Virus record (IMG/VR): IMGVR_UViG_3300020045_004782
Coordinates: 1-24,210 of that record
Reading direction: 5' to 3' (one strand)
Source: a virus
Lineage: Duplodnaviria > Caudoviricetes
DNA: 24,210 nt
Shown here: positions 17,897 through 23,918 of the stretch, piece after piece
Position numbering within the stretch: position 1 is the stretch's first letter
Layout: every line of letters starts with the position of its first letter
Notes under the pieces: generated by a model
What the model was told of the DNA's origin: nothing
The model's database searches: none
What the model saw: only the letters and a program-made list of their open reading frames with translations
Position numbers and translations under genes: made by a program

Positions 17897-18274
17897 ATAT
17901 TAAAGCTATTTTGGGCTGTTCTTCTTATAGTTCTATTCACACCCCTTAGTGTCATAGCACCCCAAGCCCAGGCCTCTTTTACAGAAGTCCCCAAGGTGGT
18001 AATTAACCCACTAGCTTGGAACTGCTATCTGTACGTTGCATCTATGGTTAAACTCCCCCCCACGAGGCTTATACGCCCAAATACGACCATCCACAGGGGG
18101 TCTGTGGCTCTGTTCAACTACAACGGATTGCCGCACTATGCCCTCGTAATAAGTATGGGAGAAAAGACCTTCCGAGTTACTGAATCAAATGTTCCTGCGG
18201 GAACCATTGGAGAGAGGGACATCTCGTACTCCGACAAATCTCTTATTGGGTTCTATGCCCCAGATAGTAGTTAA
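17897..18274 (+). CDS. Secreted CHAP-domain peptidoglycan hydrolase with a probable non-canonical ATA start
   Basis: NCYLYV (Cys), GSVALF, PHYALV (His), VTESN, IGFY; the frame upstream of the track start encodes a signal peptide LKLFWAVLLIVLFTPLSVIAPQAQA. Confidence 0.75.
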   Translation: MLKLFWAVLLIVLFTPLSVIAPQAQASFTEVPKVVINPLAWNCYLYVASMVKLPPTRLIRPNTTIHRGSVALFNYNGLPHYALVISMGEKTFRVTESNVPAGTIGERDISYSDKSLIGFYAPDSS

Positions 18275-18314
18275 ATCGGGGGCAACAGTTAGCCATTAAA
18301 AGTGGCTATTCGCT

Positions 18315-18356
18315 AAAAAGAAGGGCTCCCCCATTGCGAGTGGGGGAGCTTTTCTT
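18315..18356. terminator. Bidirectional intrinsic terminator between the convergent arms
   Basis: GCTCCCCCA (18325-18333) pairs with TGGGGGAGC (18341-18349); flanked by AAAAAGAAG and TTTTCTT; a second hairpin lies at 18290-18308. Confidence 0.9.
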
Positions 18357-19503
18357 ACACATATATTGGAATCTGAACGGTCAGGCCGCGCTTCTTGTCT
18401 ATCAAAAAGAACGCCTGAGTCGGGTGTTCAAACCCACCCTTCACCCACTGGGCAAATGGAGAGTACCCAATGAGAGAGCCGTTCACGATTGCTCTGCGGT
18501 GTGGAGTGTACTGGTGGAAGTGTCCGATACAATCCACGGTAGCAGGTTCGGTGAGATTCCATTGGTAGATGGAGCGGAGCAGGGGAACGAGTATTCCCCC
18601 AACGCCACCGCCGTATCCAATGGAGTGTCCGTGATGAAAGCGAACCACGGAGTCGTAGACCTTGAGGTGGGTGAAGTAGCCCTCAGCCACCACGAATTTC
18701 ACTCTGTCTTCTGTGGAAAACAACTGCCGAAGATTGTGATACATACCGTACTCAAGGCTGTTGCCAGACTCGGTAGAGACATGCACCTTCTTCGTTATTC
18801 GCCCGTGGTTTCCCGAGTGGCAAACTACGGTGATGTTTAAGTCTGAATTCTCCAAGAGGAAACGAATTCCCCCTCCGAGAAGTTCTTGCGCCAATAGGAT
18901 TGCCTTCACAGGCTCCATGGCGCAGTTCTCAAGCAACTCCTCGTGGATATTACCTGAGATGAAGTCTCCGAGGAGGCCGAGGACAAGATTATGGATAGCC
19001 ACATCCTGACGCTCTTTCTGCACGAGGCGAAGAACACGCTGGAAGTAACGTGTAGCCCGCTCACGAGCAATCTTGGGATTGTATTCGTTCTTCCAAGACA
19101 CTGTTTCGGGCTTCACGATTTCCTCAACGTGCCAGTCTGAAGCCAGAGCAAACGCCGTAGCCTCACCACCCGAACCCTTAGATGGGGTAATGCGGTGCAT
19201 CTGCGTGGTGGCTTTCATCACCCCGCGAGCGAATGTTTCCTTCTTCAGTTTCGCGTTCTCTTTCAGAAGAAGTTGATACTTCCTCCGAGTGTCTTTCAGA
19301 GCCTCCCCAAATGAGGAGAGCTTGAGGTCGTCAGCGACAGTTGCCTTCTTCTTCACGAAAACACCTCCTTCTCGTCTAAGCAGACGATGTCTGCGAATGT
19401 TGCGGATTGTTTCCTTTCCTACATGAAACTTGAATGCGATTTTTGAATCGCTTTCGCGTTTATAGTGAGATTTTACATACGCTACCAGTTTGGCGCGATT
19501 CAC
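18355..19503 (-). CDS. Calcineurin-like metallophosphoesterase with N-terminal HTH/coiled coil
   Basis: All five motifs present: SDWH, LGDFISG, GNHGR, FHHGH, GHFH. Confidence 0.9.
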   Translation of the reverse strand: MNRAKLVAYVKSHYKRESDSKIAFKFHVGKETIRNIRRHRLLRREGGVFVKKKATVADDLKLSSFGEALKDTRRKYQLLLKENAKLKKETFARGVMKATTQMHRITPSKGSGGEATAFALASDWHVEEIVKPETVSWKNEYNPKIARERATRYFQRVLRLVQKERQDVAIHNLVLGLLGDFISGNIHEELLENCAMEPVKAILLAQELLGGGIRFLLENSDLNITVVCHSGNHGRITKKVHVSTESGNSLEYGMYHNLRQLFSTEDRVKFVVAEGYFTHLKVYDSVVRFHHGHSIGYGGGVGGILVPLLRSIYQWNLTEPATVDCIGHFHQYTPHRRAIVNGSLIGYSPFAQWVKGGFEHPTQAFFLIDKKRGLTVQIPIYV

Positions 19504-19519
19504 GAATTAAGTGTGGCAC

Positions 19520-19885
19520 TCATTTGACATCCTGTAAAGCAAGAGGTGTTGAAAAGAATTCCGTCTCAAACAACACATCCAAATGTGATGCGCGGGCGAA
19601 GTTGTATTCAGCAACCGCGCCGCGAGACTTCTCCCACCCTTCTAACATGAGAATCGCGTTACAGCGAGAGAGTATTTCCAAGTCCATTTCCATTATGGCG
19701 TCATAGACATCGCCGTACCCCGTGGCTTCAGGAAGCCATTGTTGAACGGGGCAGAACACTGAAAAGCCAAGCCGAAACAAGTCCAGCGAGACCGTGTAAA
19801 ATCTGGCGATGTTCTGATTCAGATTGGGGAACTCCTCAGTAGGAGTAATAGCCCCACTGACGTAAACCAGACAACCACGAAGCAT
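19520..19885 (-). CDS. DUF4406/DUF1937-like protein (nucleoside deoxyribosyltransferase-like fold)
   Basis: VYVSGAIT, VFCP, DLEILSRCNAILMLEGWEKSRGAVAE. Confidence 0.85.
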   Translation of the reverse strand: MLRGCLVYVSGAITPTEEFPNLNQNIARFYTVSLDLFRLGFSVFCPVQQWLPEATGYGDVYDAIMEMDLEILSRCNAILMLEGWEKSRGAVAEYNFARASHLDVLFETEFFSTPLALQDVK

Positions 19886-19890
19886 CTATT

Positions 19891-19905
19891 CCTCCTTTTC
19901 AAAGA
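19891..19905 (-). promoter_or_regulatory. boxA-like plus Shine-Dalgarno motif, copy 2
   Basis: TCTTTGAAAAGGAGG, 5 nt before ATG 19885. Confidence 0.6.
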
Positions 19906-19906
19906 A

Positions 19907-20062
19907 CTATCCCTTCAGCCAATCATACGACCAGATGAGGACAATGAAAATAGAGGGGGCTACTGCATAGAGCACCCCGTGAGAATACACACCGTAACAG
20001 GCAATCATAAAAAGAAGAACCGAGGAGGTGAACTTCACTCCAAATTCAAGGAGTTTTGCCAT
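19907..20062 (-). CDS. Small two-TM membrane protein (51 aa), probably leaderless
   Basis: MAKLLEFGVKF...WSYDWLKG; ATG 20062 lies 6 nt after a -10 box; the longer track start crosses a terminator. Confidence 0.6.
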   Translation of the reverse strand: MAKLLEFGVKFTSSVLLFMIACYGVYSHGVLYAVAPSIFIVLIWSYDWLKG

Positions 20063-20068
20063 GATTAA

Positions 20069-20077
20069 AGTATAGCA
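20069..20077 (-). promoter_or_regulatory. Extended -10 promoter
   Basis: TGCTATACT on the minus strand, directly after the terminator. Confidence 0.6.
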
Positions 20078-20080
20078 CAC

Positions 20081-20107
20081 AGAAACCACCCCATTGCTGA
20101 GGTGGTC
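20081..20107 (-). terminator. Intrinsic terminator closing the moron
   Basis: ACCACCTCA-GCAA-TGGGGTGGT followed by TTCT; one G-U pair on the minus strand. Confidence 0.7.
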
Positions 20108-20120
20108 TAAGTTATGCACA

Positions 20121-20546
20121 TCATGTTCCACCGAATGGCGGTAGGAAACAATGAAGTGTGCCGTAGGACTCGCAGAGGTGTCCAGAGACACCACTATGGT
20201 CAGGGTTCACGGTTCTCCGTAGGATGATATTTTCTGGAATATCAACCCACGCGCCACTGTCCTTTTTGGCCATCCAGTGTGAGAATCTCCCATCCTTTAT
20301 GACAGGTCTAGCTTCTACTGGATAGCAGTCGCCGCTCACGCGGTTTCCATCGTTGTCTAATATCCTGCGGTTACAGCAGGACATGTTCGGGTTCGTGGGC
20401 TTCATCCAATGACGATACGCGTCGTCATGGTAGAGGTCGTGGCCTGTCTGCGCCCTCGCCTTTGTGGAGAAGGTGCAGTGGACAATTACCAGTGAGAGTA
20501 GAATCGCACCGATGACGTACCAGTCTAGCTTATCAAGTTTCCTCAC
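20121..20546 (-). CDS. Secreted Cys-rich protein (SCC..DC..W..IP..NP..C..CFLP pattern)
   Basis: N-terminal signal/TM ending ARA; GGAGG upstream of the GTG. Confidence 0.8.
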   Translation of the reverse strand: MRKLDKLDWYVIGAILLSLVIVHCTFSTKARAQTGHDLYHDDAYRHWMKPTNPNMSCCNRRILDNDGNRVSGDCYPVEARPVIKDGRFSHWMAKKDSGAWVDIPENIILRRTVNPDHSGVSGHLCESYGTLHCFLPPFGGT

Positions 20547-20739
20547 CTGTTCTCCCTCCGAGTGTTGCCTTGTATCTCAAGGCGCGGTCTTCACCAAGAG
20601 CAAGGTGTTCTATCGAGCAATAGTATCGCTCTGAATCCTTGCCTTTGTATAGGTTGCGAAGTTCGTTGAGAAACTTCCCGCACCACCAACAGGATGTTGG
20701 CCTTTGGTACGGCGGTGAAACGTCTAGCTTGTACTTCAC
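20533..20739 (-). CDS. Small treble-clef-type zinc-finger protein
   Basis: CWWCGK...YYCSIEH; GTGA overlap with the upstream gene. Confidence 0.75.
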   Translation of the reverse strand: MKYKLDVSPPYQRPTSCWWCGKFLNELRNLYKGKDSERYYCSIEHLALGEDRALRYKATLGGRTGEET

Positions 20740-21146
20740 GCGTCCCTCTCCTCAGTTGGAATTAAGGCCAGAATGTACACAGTCTGACCACCCATAATTA
20801 TCGCCTGGAGAACGTAGCCGTCTAAGACAACATTCCCGATTTTCAACTGACGGAACTCTGTGCGCTCGTCCTCAATGAGGACAATGCCCTCAAAAGGCTT
20901 GCAGTGGTCAATCAGTTGTAGAGACTTGAAGTGGCTCTGCGCCGCTTCAATACCCTTAGTCTTGTGAACGTGCAGTATTGAAACCGCACTTTCCTCAACC
21001 GTACACGCTACGGTTTGAATGTTCACCATCTTCGGCCACTCACGGGCGAACGTCTGCGAAGTGCAGAAGCCCATGAGGAACACGATGAAAAAGAGACCGA
21101 AAATGGCAAACATGATGTAGCGGAAGACTCTCTTTTCTACGGTCAT
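20736..21146 (-). CDS. Secreted or membrane-anchored hypothetical protein
   Basis: Start at 21146 (ATGA overlap, GGAGG SD); hydrophobic N-terminus ending TFA; two further Cys. Confidence 0.75.
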   Translation of the reverse strand: MTVEKRVFRYIMFAIFGLFFIVFLMGFCTSQTFAREWPKMVNIQTVACTVEESAVSILHVHKTKGIEAAQSHFKSLQLIDHCKPFEGIVLIEDERTEFRQLKIGNVVLDGYVLQAIIMGGQTVYILALIPTEERDA

Positions 21147-21412
21147 TGTACTGTTACCTCCCATTTATCACTCATGTGGTCAGGAATCGCGATGCGCGTA
21201 ACGCAAGCATAGAACCCCTCTGGGTGAACGAGACAAAACATCATACGCACCCAGGCAATTTGCGTTGGGGTACCGTCAGAGTTAAACCCGCCAGCAACCC
21301 AACCTTCATAACAAACACCGTCCCGTATCTTAAAGAGAGTTTTGCAACAACGACACGGGACAACCTTGTCTAAGTCGTCAGCAAAGTACACGTCTGGTTT
21401 ATGGAGGAACAT
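21143..21412 (-). CDS. Cys-rich hypothetical protein, first gene of the moron
   Basis: CRCC...FC...AC; AAGGAGG SD 5 nt upstream. Confidence 0.75.
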   Translation of the reverse strand: MFLHKPDVYFADDLDKVVPCRCCKTLFKIRDGVCYEGWVAGGFNSDGTPTQIAWVRMMFCLVHPEGFYACVTRIAIPDHMSDKWEVTVQ

Positions 21413-21417
21413 TGTAC

Positions 21418-21432
21418 CCTCCTTGTCAAAGA
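21418..21432 (-). promoter_or_regulatory. boxA-like plus Shine-Dalgarno motif, copy 1
   Basis: TCTTTGACAAGGAGG, 5 nt before ATG 21412. Confidence 0.6.
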
Positions 21433-21445
21433 CCTCCTGGGTTAC

Positions 21446-21454
21446 ATTATATCA
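21446..21454 (-). promoter_or_regulatory. Extended -10 promoter of the moron
   Basis: TGATATAAT, a perfect TGn-TATAAT, 33 nt upstream of ATG 21412. Confidence 0.7.
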
Positions 21455-21464
21455 CCCTCACTCA

Positions 21465-21777
21465 AAGCTGAGACGGTACCACGTGGCCCCGAACCCCTAA
21501 AGCAGAAGTTCAGGAAATTTCCGCCCCAGCTTAGAAAGAGCGTTGAAAACAGATTGGGAAATGGGAGTTGTTCTAGATTCTCCCACACGCAAAGCCAGTG
21601 ATTACATCGTTACCCCGCGCCAGTTTCAATCACGGAAAACTACGGGCGATAGTACCTTTTATGCGCTTGAAGCACTACTGCTATTCCCCAAACTGTTTTC
21701 AATTCCTCTTACAGAGAGGTGGGGAGGTAACTACACCCTTTCAGGCCGCACCATCATGTGCCACTCCCCCATCTCCC
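21465..21777 (-). ncRNA. Candidate structured ncRNA region with three tandem stem-closed domains
   Basis: Largest gene-free interval; long stems whose imperfect pairs are mostly G-U on the minus strand; CCT-GAAA-GGG hairpin. Confidence 0.55.
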
Positions 21778-21809
21778 AATAAGATTCTGTTGTTATTGTA
21801 CTACATCTT

Positions 21810-22061
21810 CTACTCTTTACGATTAAGTGCGAGCCATAGTTTTGCAACAACCTCTACAGGAGTGGAACCGCGTGTAATGTAATCAACTTCGTTTACGGCA
21901 CACCAACCACCTTCTTCGCGTTGGATAGAAGTCATTGTTGGACACGCTTCAATCAGTTCTTCGAGTGTTGGGGCAGGAATTCCATCAACAAAAATGTTCT
22001 CTCGCACAAACTTTCTTGGAAGCCCCGCATCCTTCAACTCTTTTGCTAGTTCGTAATCCAT
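21810..22061 (-). CDS. Conserved phage hypothetical protein (YELAKELKDAG...PTLEELIEAC...AKLWLALN)
   Basis: Recognisable motif pattern of a small phage family; function unknown. Confidence 0.8.
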   Translation of the reverse strand: MDYELAKELKDAGLPRKFVRENIFVDGIPAPTLEELIEACPTMTSIQREEGGWCAVNEVDYITRGSTPVEVVAKLWLALNRKE

Positions 22062-22065
22062 ACTT

Positions 22066-22260
22066 CTACTCTTTACTGGTAACTGTTCTTTCTTGGAGGA
22101 GGGCTTCTATAAATTCCGTTAAAATCTGTCGCTGTGGGTGGTGCACGATGTGTGTCGTGCCGTCTTCGACCACCGTTGTGGGAGAACACCAACAAGTAAC
22201 ACCTTCCTCGTGCTCTGGTTCGTAGTGTATTGCCGCGAATTCTTTTATCCAATTTCTCAT
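22066..22260 (-). CDS. Small His/Cys protein (H..CWCSP..IVHH)
   Basis: 64 aa; ATGA overlap with the upstream ORF. Confidence 0.7.
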   Translation of the reverse strand: MRNWIKEFAAIHYEPEHEEGVTCWCSPTTVVEDGTTHIVHHPQRQILTEFIEALLQERTVTSKE

Positions 22261-22376
22261 ACGCCCTTGTGGTTAGGGTCATTTGGATACTTGCAACATC
22301 CATAAGCACAAGTCGTGTGCGACTCACCAAACTCGCTCTTAAACCTCCTACTACCCCATTTCCAATCCTCCTTCAT
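22257..22376 (-). CDS. Small Cys-containing protein, 39 aa (MKEDWKWGS...CAYGCC...HKGV), not in the ORF track
   Basis: ATGA overlaps at both ends exactly fill the gap between neighbours. Confidence 0.65.
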   Translation of the reverse strand: MKEDWKWGSRRFKSEFGESHTTCAYGCCKYPNDPNHKGV

Positions 22377-22843
22377 ACATTCTCCTTACCCCTTATAATC
22401 TTGAGTACGTCAGCAATTCCCTCATTGTAGGACTCTTCGCGTGCCATCTCTACTTCTGTGGGATGAAAAGCACCTTCGCTGTTTGTAATTTGCTCGTCAA
22501 TATCGTAGCGTTTTAACTTCCCCATCTCCTCCCGTATCTCCTCCCTCACCTTCTTACGTTCTTGGGAGAGGATTTGAGAAACAACACGAATCATTACAGA
22601 CAAGTCAATACCAACCTCCTTTGTTCCTGCGTCAAGAAATGTCTTAGGCCACCCCGCGACAGGTTCTTCTTTCCACTCCAAATCGGACTTTATCTCTACT
22701 CCCGCACCCCCTATGTCGTGGACTTCTTTCACATAGCAGGGGTTGTTTGGTCTGTGAACTTCACCACCAATCTCAACCTCCGCGCCACCAACACACTCTT
22801 GTTCTCCGCACACACACTTAGAGTTTTGTTGGTTCTCCTTCAT
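22373..22843 (-). CDS. Hypothetical protein with N-terminal CVC..C..H..C cluster
   Basis: 156-aa ORF, A-rich non-SD leader. Confidence 0.7.
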   Translation of the reverse strand: MKENQQNSKCVCGEQECVGGAEVEIGGEVHRPNNPCYVKEVHDIGGAGVEIKSDLEWKEEPVAGWPKTFLDAGTKEVGIDLSVMIRVVSQILSQERKKVREEIREEMGKLKRYDIDEQITNSEGAFHPTEVEMAREESYNEGIADVLKIIRGKENV

Positions 22844-22890
22844 TTTAGTAGTGGGGGTTAGTCTTCTTTTGAATAAAAATGCTCGGCACG

Positions 22891-23487
22891 TTACTTCTTC
22901 TTACTCTTAAATGAACTTTCTTCCAACAAACGTAGAAGTTCTTTTGCGTAGATTTTGTACGCCGCCGACCACGCCGCCGACTCCGCCGCCGACCTCGCCG
23001 CCGACTCCGCCGACTCCCATTCGGGAGTACCGATGTCGTTACGTTCCCACAAAGCTATGCTTTGCTTTAGGACTTCTTTAGAGTCCTGAATAACCTTTAA
23101 TATTTCGGGATTTTTTTCAGCATCGAAATGCGTGTTGTTTTCTTGCGTTTCAAGCGTACTCTTGAGAACAAGGAGGATGAAAGGGGCTTTTACCCGCTCA
23201 AGGTTGGCACCAACGGGGATTGCTTCCAAGAATTGCTTGGGCCACCCTTTGGCAACCTGCGAGGGTAACCCTTCGAAAATAGTATCCTCTACGCGCGCCA
23301 GCCACTCGGGAATTCCAAGTTCAATCGGATATCGGGAATGGTCGTAGTTTTCGAGAGTGCAACCTACTGCGCACCCCTTACCGTTCTCCCATCCGGTTCC
23401 TTGGATGATGGCGTCCGCAGCAGCATGGGCTGCGACACGGTTTACATACTTGGTTTTGACGCCGGCATCGTTATGGTAGGCTTGCAT
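22891..23487 (-). CDS. Conserved phage hypothetical protein (GKGCAVGC family) with SAAx repeats
   Basis: AYHND..K, WENGKGCAVGC, LGIPEWLARVEDTIFEGL; C-terminal SAESAARSAAESAAWSAA. Confidence 0.8.
   Translation of the reverse strand: MQAYHNDAGVKTKYVNRVAAHAAADAIIQGTGWENGKGCAVGCTLENYDHSRYPIELGIPEWLARVEDTIFEGLPSQVAKGWPKQFLEAIPVGANLERVKAPFILLVLKSTLETQENNTHFDAEKNPEILKVIQDSKEVLKQSIALWERNDIGTPEWESAESAARSAAESAAWSAAYKIYAKELLRLLEESSFKSKKK
22961..23017. repeat. In-frame 12-nt tandem repeat GCCGCCGAC-NNN, 4 copies plus a partial
   Basis: Units end in cac, tcc, ctc and tcc; they encode xSAA on the minus strand. Confidence 0.9.
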
Positions 23488-23523
23488 TTTTATGACTTTC
23501 TTGGGTTGGTGTTAAAAGTAGAG

Positions 23524-23540
23524 TAGGGCCGGTGGCCCTA
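23524..23540 (-). terminator. Hairpin overlapping the VRR-NUC stop codon (possible weak terminator)
   Basis: TAGGGCC-GGT-GGCCCTA perfect 7-bp stem; minus-strand tail CTCTACTTTT. Confidence 0.4.
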
Positions 23541-23918
23541 AACGTCAAGTTTTATTTTACAAATATTTTGAGTTTCATCCCGGCTATACATTTCGGCCAC
23601 TTCCCTTGCGGATACCATTTCCACCGGAACGATCAATTTTCTATGGCTTATTAGGTATTCTACCAAGGTGTCGACCTTTTCCATGCTGTCGATAACCAAA
23701 ACCAGTTGCCCTTGGTTACGCATTCGGGTGTGTTCCCTAACCTGCGCTGGACGTGGTTTTTCACCTGTAGCTTTGAACTCCGGCCATACGGTCAAGCCGC
23801 TGTACATGATGACGCGATCGGGCGCGTTAGCACGCCCGATCCATTTCACCTTGCGGATTTCACCGCCGAGCGCCTCGATGCATTTCGTGGCGTAGGCTTC
23901 TATCTTGGACTCACGCAC
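23538..23918 (-). CDS. VRR-NUC domain nuclease (PD-(D/E)xK)
   Basis: MRESKIE, APDR, EFKATGEKPRPAQ. Confidence 0.9.
   Translation of the reverse strand: MRESKIEAYATKCIEALGGEIRKVKWIGRANAPDRVIMYSGLTVWPEFKATGEKPRPAQVREHTRMRNQGQLVLVIDSMEKVDTLVEYLISHRKLIVPVEMVSAREVAEMYSRDETQNICKIKLDV

Noticed and set aside
18334-18840. 168-aa + strand ORF
   Set aside because: Starts inside the terminator and is antisense to the metallophosphoesterase
21465-21777. tRNA genes, or identity with the raiA-motif RNA
   Set aside because: No cloverleaf with a TTCRA T-loop. Short strings (GTGATTGAAA, ATGGTGCGGC, GTGTGGG) recall raiA from memory, but their order differs and I cannot confirm without a covariance-model search
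22961-23017. CRISPR-like array
   Set aside because: 9-nt constant part with 3-nt variable part, coding in frame; no spacer-length units and no cas genes
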